Shown: in pieces, positions 49,294 through 61,060 of the stretch
How the letters are laid out: every line of letters starts with the position of its first letter
Position numbering within the stretch: position 1 is the first letter of the stretch
Assembly (NCBI GenBank): GCA_963748015.1
Contig: CAVVHE010000009.1
Coordinates: 320,001-384,000 of the forward strand
Direction of reading: 5' to 3'
DNA length: 64,000 nucleotides
Source of the DNA: Terriglobia bacterium
GTDB taxonomy: Bacteria > Acidobacteriota > Polarisedimenticolia > Polarisedimenticolales > JAIQFR01
Made by a program: the position numbers and the translations under genes
The notes under the pieces: generated by a model
Told to the model about the DNA's origin: nothing
Database searches by the model: none
The model's input: the letters and a program-made list of their open reading frames with translations, nothing else

Positions 49294-52200
49294 ATGCGAA
49301 AGCATCCCGCTCTGCTGTTTTTCGCCTCTCTTCTTCTGCTGCTGGGGATGTCCTCGACCGCCCTCGCGCAGAGCCCACCTCCCTACCTGCAGCAATGGGG
49401 CTCGCCGGGCGCGGGCAACGGGCAGTTCGACACGCCGCAGGAAGTAGCGATCGACAGCAACGGCAACGTTTTCGCGGCGGATTACTGGAATCGCCGCATC
49501 CAGAAGTTCTCGAGCTCGGGAACGTATCTCCTGCAGTGGGGCTCGTTCGGAGAAGAAGACGGGCAATTCTACGAGCCGTATGGAATCGCGGTGGACGACA
49601 GCGGCAACGTCTTCGTGTCGGACAACGGGCTTCACCGAGTTCAGAAGTTCACGAACAACGGGACGTTCGTCGCGACGTGGGGCTCGTACGGCACCGGCAA
49701 CGGGGAGTTCTCGGGCCCGGTCGGCATCTGTGTGGATCACGCGGGAAACGTCTATGTGGCCGAACAGTACAACAACCGCATCCAGAAATTCTCGAACGCC
49801 GGAGTGTTTGTCGCCAAGTGGGGGGCGACCGGCGTTGGCGACGGACAGTTCGTGCAGCCGTACGACGTCGCCGTGGACGCCAGCGGCAATATCTTCGTCG
49901 CGGAGCTCGGGAACAGTCGCATGCAGAAGTTGACGAGCGGTGGCGTTTTCGTCACCAAGTGGGGCGGCGCCGGCAGCGCCGACGGGCAGTTCGGGGAAGC
50001 TCGGAGCGTGGCGGTGGATTCCAGCGGTAACGTGTACGTGGCCGATGCAGGGAACAACCGGATCGAGGTGTTCACGAACGGCGGTGCGTTCATGACCCAA
50101 TGGGGCTCGCCCGGCACCGGCAACGGGCAATTCTCCCATCCTGACGGCGTGGCGACGGATGCGTCCGGCGACATCTACGTGTCCGACACCGCGAACTACC
50201 GCATCCAGGAATTCGGCCCGCTCTGTTTGGACCCGTGCAGCGACGGAAACTCGTGCACGCAGACCGACAGCTGCCAGAACGGCGTCTGCGTCGGTGGCAA
50301 CCCCGTGACCTGCACCGCGCTCGACACGTGCCACGTCGCCGGGACGTGCGACCCGGCGACGGGGGCGTGCTCGAATCCGCCGGTGCCGGACGGCACGGCG
50401 TGCACCGACGGAAACACGTGCACCGAGACCGACCGCTGCCAGGCAGGGGTTTGCCTGGGGGCTGCGATCAGTTGCGACGACGGGAATCCGTGCACCGACG
50501 ACGCATGCTCGCCGGTGTTCGATTTTGCGCCCAGGGTCGACTTCACGACCGGGAACACACCACGTTCGGTTGCGATCGGGGACGTGAACGGCGATGGGAA
50601 ATCCGACGTCGCCGTGGCCGACTACAACTCCAACACCGTTTCGGTCCTGCTGGGTGACGGGTTCGGCGGGTTCGGCCCGAAAACCGCCTTCGCAACCGGG
50701 TCTTATCCAGCTTCGGTGGCAATGGGCGACGTGAACCTCGACGGGAACACGGATCTCGTGGTGTCGAACCTACTATCCGACACGATCTCGGTGCTGCCGG
50801 GTGACGGCGCGGGCGCGTTCGGCCCGAAAACGGACTTCCCGACCGGAAGGGCTCCGTATTCCATGGTAATCGGAGACGTGAACGGTGACGGTCACTCCGA
50901 TGTCGTGGCAGCGAACATGACCTCCAATACGGTTTCGGTGCTGCTGGGCAACGGAGCCGGTGGGTTCGGCCCCAAGGCCGACTTCGCAACCGGTTCGGAG
51001 CCAGCGGCGGTCGCGATCGGCGACGTGAACCTCGACGGGAAGGCCGATCTCGTGGTGGCAAACTACATCTCGAGCACGGTGTCGGTACTGCTCGGGAACG
51101 GCGTGGGCGGATTCGGCGCCAGGACCGATTTCGTGACAGGAACTTATCCTCAGTCCGTGGCGATTGGGGACGTCAGCGGCGATGGAAAGGCCGACCTGGT
51201 CGTGGCGAATTACTTGTCCGACACGGTTTCGGTGCTGCCCGGGGACGGCGTCGGTGGGTTCGGCGCCAGGACCGACATCGCGATGGGGTCGGTCTTTCAT
51301 CCCCGATCGGTTGTGATCAGCGACCTAAACGGCGATGGTTCAGTTGATATCGTGGTGGGGAGCCAGAGCTTCAGCCTCGTGTCGGCGCTGCTGGGCGACG
51401 GTGCAGGCGGATTCGCCCCGAAGAGAGATTTCGTGGTGGCGTCGCCTCTTTTGTCGCTCGCAGTGGGAGACGTGAGCGGTGACGGAAGACTCGACGTCGT
51501 GGCGGCGAATTTCCAATCCAATACGATATCGGTGCTGCTGAATCTCACGGGTACTTGCGTCCACACAAACAACACGGGGCCGTGCGACGACAACAACGCG
51601 TGCACGCGGACGGACACCTGCCAGAGTGGCGACTGCGCGGGGTCGAACGCCGTGGTGTGCACCGCGCTCGACGCGTGCCACGCGGCCGGGATTTGCGATC
51701 CGGGGACCGGGACGTGCTCGAACCCGTCGGCGCCGGACGGCACGACGTGCAGCGACGGCGACGCGTGCACGCAAACGGACACCTGCCAGAGTGGCGCCTG
51801 CACGGGGTCGAACGCCGTGGTGTGCACCGCGCTCGACGCGTGCCACGTGGCGGGGACCTGCGACTCGGCGACGGGGACCTGCTCTCACCCGCCGGCGCCG
51901 GACGGCACGGCGTGCAACGACGGGAACGCATGCACGCAAGCCGACGCGTGCGCGGGCGGAACCTGCGCGGGATCGAATCCGGTGATCTGTACGGCACTCG
52001 ACGCGTGCCACGAGGCCGGGATTTGCGACTCGGGGACCGGGACGTGCACGAACCCGTCGGCGCCGGACGGCACGGTCTGCAACGACGGCAACTCGTGCAC
52101 GCAGACGGACGCCTGCCAGGACGGCGCTTGCACGGGATCGAGCCCCGTGGTGTGCGCCGCACTCGATGCGTGCCACGTGGCCGGGATTTGCGATCCGGGG

Positions 52201-55200
52201 ACCGGGACGTGCTCGAATCCGCCGGCGCCGGACGGCACGGCGTGCAACGACGGGAACGCATGCACGCAAGCCGACGCGTGCGCGGGCGGAACCTGCGCGG
52301 GATCGAATCCGGTGCTCTGTACGGCACTGGACGCGTGCCACGTGGCCGGGATTTGCGATCCGGGGACCGGGACGTGCTCGAACCCATCGGCGCCGGACGG
52401 CACGGTCTGCAACGACGGCAACGCGTGCACGCAGACGGACGCCTGCCAGGACGGCGCCTGCACGGGATCGAACCCCGTGGTGTGCGCCGCACTCGACGCG
52501 TGCCACGTGGCCGGGATCTGCGATCCGACGGCGGGGACCTGCTCGAACCCGCCGGCGCCGGACGGTGGGCCGTGCAGCGACGGAAACGCGTGCACGACGA
52601 ACGACACGTGCTCGAGCGGAGCGTGCGTGGGTGGTCCTCCTCCGAGCTGTGACGATGGCAGCTCCTGCACCGCCGATTCCTGCAATCCGGGCACGGGCTG
52701 CTCGAACACCCCGCTCCCCGACACGGACGGCGACGGCGTGTGCGACGCCATCGACAACTGCCCGGCCGTCCCCAACCCGAATCAGGCCGACGGCGACGGG
52801 GACCTTGTGGGCGATGTTTGTGACGATTGCCCGGGCGTCCCCAATCCCGATCAGGCCGACCTCGACGGGGACGGGATCGGCGAGGCCTGCGAGCTCTGCA
52901 CCAGGCCTCCCTCGGAGATGGTCGCCTGGTGGACGCTCGACGAGACCGCCGGCACCACGGCGTACGACTGGGCCGGATCGAACCACGGCACGATCTCCGG
53001 CGGGCCGTTGCGGATCGCAGGCGAGGTGGGGAACGCCCTGCGCTTCGACGGGACGAACGACGAGGTCCGCGTGCCGGATTCTCCGTCCACCAACTTCGGC
53101 ACGGGCGACCTGTCCATTGACGCATGGATCCGCACGACGGACACCACGCATGTGCCGGGGATCGTAGACAAGAGGACGGTCTCGCCCGAGTACCGGGGGT
53201 ATCACATCTATCTCTACCAGGGGAAGATCGGGTTCCAGCTCGCGGACGGCGGGTACACGAACTGGACTTCCCCGACGGTCGTCGCGACGGGGCAGTGGAC
53301 GCACGTCGCCATCACCGTGGATCGGGACCAGGTCGACGGCGGCCGGTTCTACGTCAACGGCGAGCAGGTCGGGACCTTCGATCCGCGGGGCCGTCAGGGC
53401 ACGCTCACGACCACCGCGCCGCTGTACCTCGGCAGGGGCGCCAATGTCGGCCAAGTATTCCCTGGAGATCTCGACGAGGTCGAGATGTTTCCTCGCGCGC
53501 TCGGCGCGACGGAAATCCAGGACCTGTATCTCTCGGGGAGCCGAGGGAAGTGCAAGCCCTGCGATGCCGTGGACAGCGACGGCGACGGCGTGGGGAACGC
53601 CTGCGACAACTGTCCGACCGTGGGCAATCCCGATCAGCTCGACACGGATCACGACGGCAAGGGCGACGCGTGCGAGTGCCTGAGCGTGACGTGCACGGCG
53701 CTCGACGCGTGCCACGTGGCCGGAACGTGCGACCCGACGACGGGAGCTTGCTCCAACCCGACTGCGCCGGACGGCACGGCATGCAACGACGGGAGCGCCT
53801 GCACTCAGACGGACACGTGCCAGGGCGGCACCTGCATGGGGACGGGCCCGGTCATCTGCACGGCGCTCGACGCGTGCCACGTGGCCGGAATGTGCGACCC
53901 GGCGACGGGAGCCTGCTCGAACCCGCCTGCGCCGGACGGCACGGCATGCAACGACGGGAGCGCCTGCACGCAGACGGACACGTGCCAGGCCGGCGCCTGC
54001 ACCGGGTCGAACCCGATCGTCTGCACGGCGCTCGATACGTGCCACGACGCGGGAGTCTGCGACCCCGCCACCGGCGCATGCTCGAACCCGACCAAGCCCG
54101 ACGGTGCGCCGTGCAGCGACGGCGACGCGTGCACGCAAACGGACACCTGCCAGAGTGGCGCCTGCACGGGGTCGAACCCCGTGGTGTGCACGGCGCTCGA
54201 CGCGTGCCACGTCGCTGGGACGTGCGACCCGGCGACCGGGGCCTGCTCGAACCCGACGGCGCCGAACGGCACGGCGTGTAACGACGGAAACGCATGCACG
54301 ACGACGGATACTTGCCAGGGCGGCACCTGTACGGGGTCGAACCCGGTCGTCTGCATCGCGCTCGACACGTGCCACGACGACGGCGCTTGCAACCCATCCA
54401 CCGGCGAATGCTCGTACTCGACCAAACCCGACGGAGCGCCGTGCAGCGACGGGGACGCATGCACGACCGTGGACTGGTGCCTGGGCGGGGAGTGCCAGCC
54501 CGGGGACCCGGCGATCTGCAACGACGGCAACCCCTGTACGACCGACTCCTGCTCCTCGGCGGTCGGCTGCCAGTACGTTCCGGCTCCCGACGGCACGGCG
54601 TGCAACGACGGCAACTCCTGCACGCAGACGGACACGTGCCAGGCCGGCTCCTGCACGGGATCGAACCCGGTCGTCTGCACGGCGCTCGACACCTGCCACG
54701 ATCCGGGAGTCTGCAACCCCTCCACCGGCGCGTGCTCCAACCCGACCAAGCCAGACGGAGCGCCGTGCAGCGACGGGAACGCTTGCACGACCGTCGACTG
54801 GTGCCTGAGCGGGCAGTGCCAGCCCGGGGACTCTGCTATCTGCAACGATGGCAACCCCTGCACCACCGACGGCTGCTCGCCGGCGGTCGGCTGCCAGAAC
54901 GTCCCGCTTCCCGACTCCGACGGCGACGGCGTGTGCGACGCCCACGACAACTGCCCGGCCGTACCCAACCGGGATCAGGCCGACGTCGACGGGGACGGGA
55001 TCGGCGACGCTTGCGACTTCCCCTCCGACGAGAACATCGACCCGGACCACGACGGGTCGAGATACGCATGGTCCGAGAATATGGGGTGGATCAACCTGCA
55101 GCCGCTCGGCCCCGGCGGGCCCGGCGTGCACGTCTCGGACTCGGGCCTGACCGGCTGGATGTGGTCGGAGAACGCGGGGTGGATCAGCCTATCGTGCACG

Positions 55201-55806
55201 AACCGGTCGTGCGCCGCCCTAAGCTACGGGGTAACCAACGACGGGTGCGGCGTGCTCGCGGGCTACGCGTGGTCGGAGAACGCGGGGTGGATCAACTTCT
55301 CGCCCTCGACGTGCGGCGGGGATCCCACCTGCGGCGTCAAGATCGATCCGGCGACGGGAATCTTCAGCGGGCGGGCGTGGTCGGAGAACGCGGGATGGAT
55401 CACGTTCTCGTCCACGGGCCCCAACCCTTACCGGGTCAGGACCGGTTGGCGTGGAGCCGCCCCCGCGGGATCGAACGATCTGACCTTGAGCAGGACGGGT
55501 CCGACCGTCGCGGTGATCCAGTACACCGCCGTGCCCGGCGCAACGGCCTACGACGTCGTCTACGGCGACCTCGTCTTGCTCCGCAGCTCCTTCGGGAACT
55601 TCCAGCTCGTAACGCTTGGCCCGGTCGTGTGTCACACGTCCGGGGGGTCGGTCACGCAGAGCGGAAATCCGAGCGTGGGCGGCGGATTCTGGTTCCTCGT
55701 GCGCGTCCGCGGTTGCGGCGGCGCGGGGAGCTACAACTCCGGCGCGCCTAAGCAGGTCGGCTCGCGGGACGCCGAAATCGCGGCTTCGGGACAGGACTGC
55801 CCCTGA
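49294..55806 (+). CDS. Giant (~2170 aa) secreted surface protein: NHL propeller, 55-aa Cys-rich repeats, FG-GAP propeller, thrombospondin type 3 repeats, LamG, WSENxGWI repeats and a conserved C-terminal domain
   Basis: Signal peptide [13 protein letters not shown]. Six GQFxxPxxxAVD-type NHL repeats, GDVNGDG repeats, [13 protein letters not shown], and LamG motifs WWTLDE..LSIDAWI..WTHVAIT..GDLDEV. One open frame. Confidence 0.88.
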   Translation: MRKHPALLFFASLLLLLGMSSTALAQSPPPYLQQWGSPGAGNGQFDTPQEVAIDSNGNVFAADYWNRRIQKFSSSGTYLLQWGSFGEEDGQFYEPYGIAVDDSGNVFVSDNGLHRVQKFTNNGTFVATWGSYGTGNGEFSGPVGICVDHAGNVYVAEQYNNRIQKFSNAGVFVAKWGATGVGDGQFVQPYDVAVDASGNIFVAELGNSRMQKLTSGGVFVTKWGGAGSADGQFGEARSVAVDSSGNVYVADAGNNRIEVFTNGGAFMTQWGSPGTGNGQFSHPDGVATDASGDIYVSDTANYRIQEFGPLCLDPCSDGNSCTQTDSCQNGVCVGGNPVTCTALDTCHVAGTCDPATGACSNPPVPDGTACTDGNTCTETDRCQAGVCLGAAISCDDGNPCTDDACSPVFDFAPRVDFTTGNTPRSVAIGDVNGDGKSDVAVADYNSNTVSVLLGDGFGGFGPKTAFATGSYPASVAMGDVNLDGNTDLVVSNLLSDTISVLPGDGAGAFGPKTDFPTGRAPYSMVIGDVNGDGHSDVVAANMTSNTVSVLLGNGAGGFGPKADFATGSEPAAVAIGDVNLDGKADLVVANYISSTVSVLLGNGVGGFGARTDFVTGTYPQSVAIGDVSGDGKADLVVANYLSDTVSVLPGDGVGGFGARTDIAMGSVFHPRSVVISDLNGDGSVDIVVGSQSFSLVSALLGDGAGGFAPKRDFVVASPLLSLAVGDVSGDGRLDVVAANFQSNTISVLLNLTGTCVHTNNTGPCDDNNACTRTDTCQSGDCAGSNAVVCTALDACHAAGICDPGTGTCSNPSAPDGTTCSDGDACTQTDTCQSGACTGSNAVVCTALDACHVAGTCDSATGTCSHPPAPDGTACNDGNACTQADACAGGTCAGSNPVICTALDACHEAGICDSGTGTCTNPSAPDGTVCNDGNSCTQTDACQDGACTGSSPVVCAALDACHVAGICDPGTGTCSNPPAPDGTACNDGNACTQADACAGGTCAGSNPVLCTALDACHVAGICDPGTGTCSNPSAPDGTVCNDGNACTQTDACQDGACTGSNPVVCAALDACHVAGICDPTAGTCSNPPAPDGGPCSDGNACTTNDTCSSGACVGGPPPSCDDGSSCTADSCNPGTGCSNTPLPDTDGDGVCDAIDNCPAVPNPNQADGDGDLVGDVCDDCPGVPNPDQADLDGDGIGEACELCTRPPSEMVAWWTLDETAGTTAYDWAGSNHGTISGGPLRIAGEVGNALRFDGTNDEVRVPDSPSTNFGTGDLSIDAWIRTTDTTHVPGIVDKRTVSPEYRGYHIYLYQGKIGFQLADGGYTNWTSPTVVATGQWTHVAITVDRDQVDGGRFYVNGEQVGTFDPRGRQGTLTTTAPLYLGRGANVGQVFPGDLDEVEMFPRALGATEIQDLYLSGSRGKCKPCDAVDSDGDGVGNACDNCPTVGNPDQLDTDHDGKGDACECLSVTCTALDACHVAGTCDPTTGACSNPTAPDGTACNDGSACTQTDTCQGGTCMGTGPVICTALDACHVAGMCDPATGACSNPPAPDGTACNDGSACTQTDTCQAGACTGSNPIVCTALDTCHDAGVCDPATGACSNPTKPDGAPCSDGDACTQTDTCQSGACTGSNPVVCTALDACHVAGTCDPATGACSNPTAPNGTACNDGNACTTTDTCQGGTCTGSNPVVCIALDTCHDDGACNPSTGECSYSTKPDGAPCSDGDACTTVDWCLGGECQPGDPAICNDGNPCTTDSCSSAVGCQYVPAPDGTACNDGNSCTQTDTCQAGSCTGSNPVVCTALDTCHDPGVCNPSTGACSNPTKPDGAPCSDGNACTTVDWCLSGQCQPGDSAICNDGNPCTTDGCSPAVGCQNVPLPDSDGDGVCDAHDNCPAVPNRDQADVDGDGIGDACDFPSDENIDPDHDGSRYAWSENMGWINLQPLGPGGPGVHVSDSGLTGWMWSENAGWISLSCTNRSCAALSYGVTNDGCGVLAGYAWSENAGWINFSPSTCGGDPTCGVKIDPATGIFSGRAWSENAGWITFSSTGPNPYRVRTGWRGAAPAGSNDLTLSRTGPTVAVIQYTAVPGATAYDVVYGDLVLLRSSFGNFQLVTLGPVVCHTSGGSVTQSGNPSVGGGFWFLVRVRGCGGAGSYNSGAPKQVGSRDAEIAASGQDCP
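51658..54780 (+). repeat. Intragenic 165-bp (55-aa, 8-Cys) tandem repeats in two blocks
   Basis: CxALDxCHxAGxCD units start at 51658, 51823, 51988, 52153, 52318 and 52483, and at 53692, 53857, 54022, 54187 and 54352. Further copies lie near 50311 and 54676. Confidence 0.85.
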
Positions 55807-55839
55807 ACGGGGCGTTGGGATGAGAAAGGAATGGAGAAC

Positions 55840-56505
55840 ATGAAGAACACGATCATGAAGGTCTCGGTGCTCGTCGCGGCATTGGCCACGTTTGGATCGT
55901 CATTCGCGGGAACCCTCGATCCTCCGGGGCCCCCGGCTCCGACGATGGTCACGCTGCAGCAGATCTACGACAAGATCGGCGCGGGTGCCGTTGGGGTGCC
56001 CAAGACGGGTGCGACAGCGTGCTGGGATGCATCCGGCTCCCCCATCTCTTGCGCCGGCACGGGCCAGGACGGCGAGCTCCAGCGAGGCGTCTCGATTTCC
56101 CCTCGCTTCACCGACAACAGCAACGGCACGGTGAGGGACAACCTGACGGGGCTGATCTGGTTGAAGAACGCGAGCTGTTTCGGGGAGCAGACTTGGCCCA
56201 ATGCATTGGCTCTGTCGAACACGTTGGCGAGCGGGACGTGCGGCCTGACGGACGGCTCGGCCGCGGGCGCATGGCGGTTGGCGAACATCAAGGAGCTGCA
56301 GAGTCTGATCGACTGGGGCCACCTCAGCCCGGCGCTCCCCGCGGGTCATCCGTTCACCGGCGTGTCGATCCTGTGGTACTGGTCGTCGACCACCCAACCG
56401 GACAACCCCGGCGCCGCGTGGCGCGTCTTCCTTAACTACGGCTTCATCGAGGGCGACTACAAGAGCAACGTCGCCTACACGTGGCCCGTCCGCGGCGGAC
56501 AGTGA
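55840..56505 (+). CDS. DUF1566 (Lcl C-terminal / C-type-lectin-fold) secreted protein (alternative start 55831)
   Basis: Motifs VPKTG..GTGQDG, RFTDNSNGTVRDNLTGLIW, WRLANIKELQSL, YWSST and WPVRGG. Confidence 0.88.
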   Translation: MKNTIMKVSVLVAALATFGSSFAGTLDPPGPPAPTMVTLQQIYDKIGAGAVGVPKTGATACWDASGSPISCAGTGQDGELQRGVSISPRFTDNSNGTVRDNLTGLIWLKNASCFGEQTWPNALALSNTLASGTCGLTDGSAAGAWRLANIKELQSLIDWGHLSPALPAGHPFTGVSILWYWSSTTQPDNPGAAWRVFLNYGFIEGDYKSNVAYTWPVRGGQ

Positions 56506-56641
56506 CGTTTGGCGATTCCGGGATTCCGCCGGCGGGTGCCGGGCGCGGCCGCCGCGGTGACGGCGCTGGTTCTTCGAGCCTCACGAGGCTATCTTTCCGA
56601 GCGTCGGCGCTCTAGGCGCGAGCGACGTTCGGGGAGGGCTC

Positions 56642-57259
56642 ATGAGGCTGATGCGGATCCTCGGAGCGTCGGTGCTGGCGGTCACCTCGATCGCCGCGGC
56701 GGAGCGCCACGTGGAGATCGCTCCCTCGCTGGGCTTCCGCAGCGGCGCGAGCCTCGACTCGACCACGGCTGGAATCGCGAGCGCCGAGGCGGACGCGGCG
56801 CTTTCGTGGGGTCTGTCCGTGGGTTGGAAGGTGCGGCCCGACGGCTGGCTCGAGGTGCTCTTCGACCACCAGACGCTCGAATTCACGCAGAGCGCGGGCT
56901 CGGACCCGCACCGGTTCGACGTCGGGGTGGACTACCTCCAGTTCGGGGGAGGGTACGAGCCGCCGCGGGAGGGGATGAGGCCGTACGTGACGGCCGCCGT
57001 CGGGCTCGGCTGGTTCGGCTCGGATCCCGGCTCGGTGGGCGAATCCACCGGGCTGTCGGGGTCGATCGGCGGCGGGTTCAAGGTGCCGGTCGGCAAGAAG
57101 GTCCTCTTCCGTCTCGAGGGGCGGGCCTGGGCCATGCTCACCAGCGGGGCCCTCGCCGTCGACTGCGGGCCGGGTTGCCGGTTCTCGCTCAGCGGCGAGG
57201 GATTCTGGCAGGTCGGCGTGCGAGCCGCCGTCGCGTTCTGCCCTTCGGGAGCACGGTGA
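56642..57259 (+). CDS. Outer-membrane beta-barrel protein (small porin/OmpA-like)
   Basis: Signal peptide. Amphipathic strands YLQFGG, RPYVTAAVGLG, IGGGFK and FRLEGR. Confidence 0.7.
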   Translation: MRLMRILGASVLAVTSIAAAERHVEIAPSLGFRSGASLDSTTAGIASAEADAALSWGLSVGWKVRPDGWLEVLFDHQTLEFTQSAGSDPHRFDVGVDYLQFGGGYEPPREGMRPYVTAAVGLGWFGSDPGSVGESTGLSGSIGGGFKVPVGKKVLFRLEGRAWAMLTSGALAVDCGPGCRFSLSGEGFWQVGVRAAVAFCPSGAR

Positions 57260-57304
57260 CCGGTCGCTTCGGACCCGCCGGGCGTGCTCCTTCCCGCCGT
57301 CTCG

Positions 57305-58489
57305 CTACTGATACGCCGGCTTGCCGGTGATCCGGTCTCCGAGGATCAGGGTGTGGATGTCGTCGGTGCCTTCGTAGGTGTAGACCGCCTCGATGTTGCA
57401 GAAGTGCCGGGCGATCGGGTACTCGTGCATGATCCCGGAGGCGCCGAGGATCTCGCGGGCGGCGTGGGCGGCGTTGCGGGCGGTGCGGCAGCCGTTTCTC
57501 TTGGCCATCGAGACCTGGGCGAAGTCGGCGCGCCCCTGGTCCTTGAGCCGGCCGAGGCGGAGGTTCAGGAGCTGCCCCTTCGTGATCTCGGTCAGCATGT
57601 CGGCGAGCTTCGCCTGCTGGAGCTGGAACGACGACACCGGGCGGCCGAAGACGATCCGCTCGTCGGCGTAGCGCAGCGCCGTCTCGTAGCACGCGGCGGC
57701 CATGCCGATCGTCCCCCACGCGATCCCGTACCGCGCCTGCGTCAGGCACATCAGGGCGTGCTTGAGCGACCCGGTCTCGGGGAGCAGCGCGTCGTCCGGC
57801 ACCTCGCAGTCGTCGAAGAACAGCTCCGACGTCGTCGAGGCGCGGAGCGAGAACTTCCCCTTGTAGTCGCGGGCCGTGAACCCGGGCGTTCCACGCTCGA
57901 CGAGGAAGCCGCGGATGCCGTCTTCGGTCTTCGCCCAGACGACGGCGACGTCGGCGACCGTGCCGTTCGTGATCCACGCCTTGGCGCCGTTGATCACCCA
58001 CCCCTTGCCTCGCTTCTCGGCGCGGGTCAGCATCGTCCCCGGGTCGGAGCCGTGGTCGGCCTCGGTGAGTCCGAAGCAGCCGATTGCCTCGCCGGCCGCG
58101 AGGCGCGGCAGCCACTTCTCCCGCTGCGCCTCGTTGCCGAAGGCGTGGATCGGGTACATCACGAGCGACGACTGGACGGACACGAACGAGCGGAGGCCGG
58201 AGTCGCCGCGCTCGAGCTCCTGGCAGATCAGGCCGGAGACGACCGCGTTCGCCCCCGCGCAGCCGTACCCCGAGATGGTCGAGCCGAGGAGGCCCATCTC
58301 GGCGATCTGCGGGATCAGTTCCGACGGGAACCGGTCGTTCATGAAGGCCTCGTCGAGGATCGGGAGCGCCTTCTCGTTCACGAAGTTCCGGACGGCGTCG
58401 CGGATCAGCCGCTCCTCGTCGGACAGCTCGGCGTCCAGGTCGAAGAAATCCACGCCGCGAGCAGAGCCTCCGGTCGGACGGTCTTTCAT
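57305..58489 (-). CDS. gcdH: Glutaryl-CoA dehydrogenase
   Basis: Motifs ELERGDSGLRSFVSVQSSLVMYPI, CFGLTEADHGSDP, KFSLRAS, QARYGIAWG and YTYEGTDDIHTLILG. Confidence 0.85.
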   Translation of the reverse strand: MKDRPTGGSARGVDFFDLDAELSDEERLIRDAVRNFVNEKALPILDEAFMNDRFPSELIPQIAEMGLLGSTISGYGCAGANAVVSGLICQELERGDSGLRSFVSVQSSLVMYPIHAFGNEAQREKWLPRLAAGEAIGCFGLTEADHGSDPGTMLTRAEKRGKGWVINGAKAWITNGTVADVAVVWAKTEDGIRGFLVERGTPGFTARDYKGKFSLRASTTSELFFDDCEVPDDALLPETGSLKHALMCLTQARYGIAWGTIGMAAACYETALRYADERIVFGRPVSSFQLQQAKLADMLTEITKGQLLNLRLGRLKDQGRADFAQVSMAKRNGCRTARNAAHAAREILGASGIMHEYPIARHFCNIEAVYTYEGTDDIHTLILGDRITGKPAYQ

Positions 58490-58491
58490 CT

Positions 58492-58956
58492 TCAACGCGC
58501 CTCGGGGACGCGCAGCTCGAGGACGAGCCGCGGAACGGGGACGAAGCCGGCCTTCGCGAAGAACTCGGTCAGGTCGAACTCGTCCCAGGAAACCTCGGTC
58601 CGGAGCCGCTCGATGCGGAGCGCCGCGAGGTTGAGAAGAAGCTGCTGGAGCATGGCGGTCGCGACGCCCCGCCGGCCGAAGGCGGGATCCACCAGGACGG
58701 TGTCGAGGATCGCGACCGGCTCCGGCTGCCCGAACTCGCCGTAGTGGACCGATCCTAGGAGCGCCCCCACGAGGCAGCCGTCGATCTCGGCGCCGAGCGA
58801 GATCTTGACGTCCGCGTCCTCGAGGGCGCGCTTGATCTTTCCCTCGTACCAGGCCGTCCGGTTCCGGCCGCTGATCGCCTGGTCCATGCGAACCAGGCGC
58901 GCGCAGTCCTCGGGCTTCAGAGCGCGGACGACCGCTTCGCTGCTTTCGAAGTCCAT
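58492..58956 (-). CDS. GNAT N-acetyltransferase (possibly BadL-like)
   Basis: VDPAFGRRGVATAML acetyl-CoA motif and FFAKAGF. Lies inside the bcr operon. Confidence 0.85.
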   Translation of the reverse strand: MDFESSEAVVRALKPEDCARLVRMDQAISGRNRTAWYEGKIKRALEDADVKISLGAEIDGCLVGALLGSVHYGEFGQPEPVAILDTVLVDPAFGRRGVATAMLQQLLLNLAALRIERLRTEVSWDEFDLTEFFAKAGFVPVPRLVLELRVPEAR

Positions 58957-59786
58957 GCCACACCTTCCTGTCCCAGCTTACGATGCCGGTACCCGCCCCA
59001 GACCGCCGCGCCGATCGCCCCCGCGGCGATCGCCAGCTCGTGCGTCGCCAGCTCGAACGGCCGCTTGGTCGCGGCCGCGTGCTTCCCCAGCGCGTCGCGG
59101 AGCGCCGCGACCAGCCCCACGTCCTGGGCCAGGCCGCCGCTGACGAAGATCGCCCCCTTGACGTCGAGCGACCGCAGGAGCCGCGCGAACCTCTCCGCCA
59201 TGCTCTCGTGGATGCCGCGGAGGATGTTCTGCGTCGAGATCCCGCGCGAGACCATGTTGATCACGTCGGTCTCGGCGAGCACGGCGCAGATCGAGCTGAC
59301 CATCTCCGGCGTCTTTCCCTCGAGCGAGAGGGGGCCGACCTCCGCCTGCGAGACGCCCAGGTAGCGGGCGATGTTCTCGAGGAACTGCCCCGACCCCGAC
59401 GCGCACTGGCTGGTCATCTTATAGTCGAGCACCCGGCCCCGCTCGTCCATCACCACCGCGCGCGCGTGCAGCGCGCCGACGTCGAGGACGGCGCGGGCGC
59501 ACGGCACGAGGAACAGGGCCCCCCGCGCGTGGGCCGTCATCCCGTAGAAGTGGCCGGTGGCGAACGGGATGTCCTCCCCCTCGCCGGTCGTCGCGACGTA
59601 GTGGATCTCGTCGACACCCGAGGACGCGACCGCGTTCTCGAAGACTTCCTCGACGACACGCCCGACGTCGCGCCGCCGGATGCGCGACGAGGCGTGGGCG
59701 AGGAGGGTCTCGCCGTCCTCGCCGCATCGCATCACGACGGCCTTGACGGCGCCGCTGCCGACGTCGATTCCCGCGGTGACGCTCAT
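58917..59786 (-). CDS. bcrD: Benzoyl-CoA reductase subunit D (class I, ATP-binding)
   Basis: Motifs [53 protein letters not shown] and [11 protein letters not shown]. Confidence 0.9.
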   Translation of the reverse strand: MSVTAGIDVGSGAVKAVVMRCGEDGETLLAHASSRIRRRDVGRVVEEVFENAVASSGVDEIHYVATTGEGEDIPFATGHFYGMTAHARGALFLVPCARAVLDVGALHARAVVMDERGRVLDYKMTSQCASGSGQFLENIARYLGVSQAEVGPLSLEGKTPEMVSSICAVLAETDVINMVSRGISTQNILRGIHESMAERFARLLRSLDVKGAIFVSGGLAQDVGLVAALRDALGKHAAATKRPFELATHELAIAAGAIGAAVWGGYRHRKLGQEGVAWTSKAAKRSSAL

Positions 59787-61060
59787 GCCTCCACCATCCT
59801 GCGGGCGAAGAGGGCCGCGCCCAAGGCACCGGTGTAGATGCTCTCGGCGGAGATGTTCGTGTGGATCTCGCCGTAGTTGTCCTGGATCAGGCCGCGGAGC
59901 GCGCGGACCGCGGCCGGGTTGTGCGCAACGCCGCCCGTGAACGTGAACTCCTCGAAGACACCCCCCGACCGCGCGAGAAGGCTCATCGCCCTCAGGATGA
60001 TCGCGCGGTGGAGCCCCGCGAGGATGTCCTCGCGCGCCTCGCCGAGGGAGAGGAGCTCGCGCAGCTCGGCCCCCGCGAACACGGTGCAGGTCGAGTTGAT
60101 CTTCACGCAGCGGCGCGACGTCTCGGCCAGGGGGCCGAGCTCGTGGAGGCCCAGGTTCATCTCGTCGGCGATGTATCCGAGGTAGCGGCCGCACCCGGCG
60201 GCGCACCGGTCGTTCATCTGGAAGCTCGTGACGATGCCCTTCCCGTCCACCTGGATCGCCTTGGTGTCCTGGCCGCCGATGTCGAGCACCGTGCGGGTCC
60301 CGGGGAACATCGCGTGGGCGCCGAGGCCGTGGCAGAGGATCTCGGAGCGGATCTGCTCCTTGGGGAACGGGAGGCGCGCGCGGCCGTAGCCGGTCCCCAC
60401 GGTCGCCGTCTCGTCGAGACTCGCCGACGCCGTGGCCTCGACCCCCGCCCTGAGCTCCGGCGGGGAGCCGAGGCGCGCGAGCGCGGCGCCGATGTGATCG
60501 CGGAACCCCATCTCCAGCGGCTCGTTCTCGGCCCGGATGATGCACTTGTCGTAGAGACCGACGAGCAGGTCGAAGGTGATGCCCGTCGGCTCCGCGAGCT
60601 CCTCGGCGATCCGCGTGAACGCCGAGCCGGCGAGATCGCGGAAGAAGTCGGACTTCCGGGCGAGGGCGGGCTCCCGGAAGCGCCTTTCCTCCTCCTCCGC
60701 GATTCTCCGGCAGATCTCCCCGACCGCCCGTGCCAGCGGCTCGCGGAGGGGGGCGGGGGCGGAGCGCTCGACCTCCTCGCCCATGAGAGCGTGGAGGCGG
60801 CGAAGCTGGTGGAGGGTCTGCTCGAGGAGGAACGCCCGCCGCAATCTCGCGACCGCCTCCGGCCCCGCCGCCTTCTCCACCTCGCGGCGGAGCAGGCCGA
60901 AGCGGGCGCTGATGAGCGCCTCGCTGCGGGCGACCGACGCGGCGAGGTCGTAGTTCGAGCGGGAGTTCGTGATGCCGCGGCCGAGCACCTCGCGGTTCTC
61001 CGCGAGGACGACCGCCTTCGTGGTCGTGGAGCCGAGGTCGATGCCGACGAAGCAGTTCAT
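59783..61060 (-). CDS. bcrA: Benzoyl-CoA reductase subunit A (class I, ATP-binding); in frame with bcrB as sequenced
   Basis: Motifs [55 protein letters not shown] and NSTCTVFAG. Confidence 0.88.
   Translation of the reverse strand: MNCFVGIDLGSTTTKAVVLAENREVLGRGITNSRSNYDLAASVARSEALISARFGLLRREVEKAAGPEAVARLRRAFLLEQTLHQLRRLHALMGEEVERSAPAPLREPLARAVGEICRRIAEEEERRFREPALARKSDFFRDLAGSAFTRIAEELAEPTGITFDLLVGLYDKCIIRAENEPLEMGFRDHIGAALARLGSPPELRAGVEATASASLDETATVGTGYGRARLPFPKEQIRSEILCHGLGAHAMFPGTRTVLDIGGQDTKAIQVDGKGIVTSFQMNDRCAAGCGRYLGYIADEMNLGLHELGPLAETSRRCVKINSTCTVFAGAELRELLSLGEAREDILAGLHRAIILRAMSLLARSGGVFEEFTFTGGVAHNPAAVRALRGLIQDNYGEIHTNISAESIYTGALGAALFARRMVEA

Noticed and set aside
51658..54780. Regular repeats as a CRISPR array
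   Set aside because: They are 165-bp in-frame coding repeats with codon-position variation, no unique spacers and no cas genes.
55840..56505. DUF1566 gene as the target of a diversity-generating retroelement
   Set aside because: No reverse transcriptase and no second, adenine-variant copy of the 3' region was seen in the window. A remote DGR cannot be excluded.
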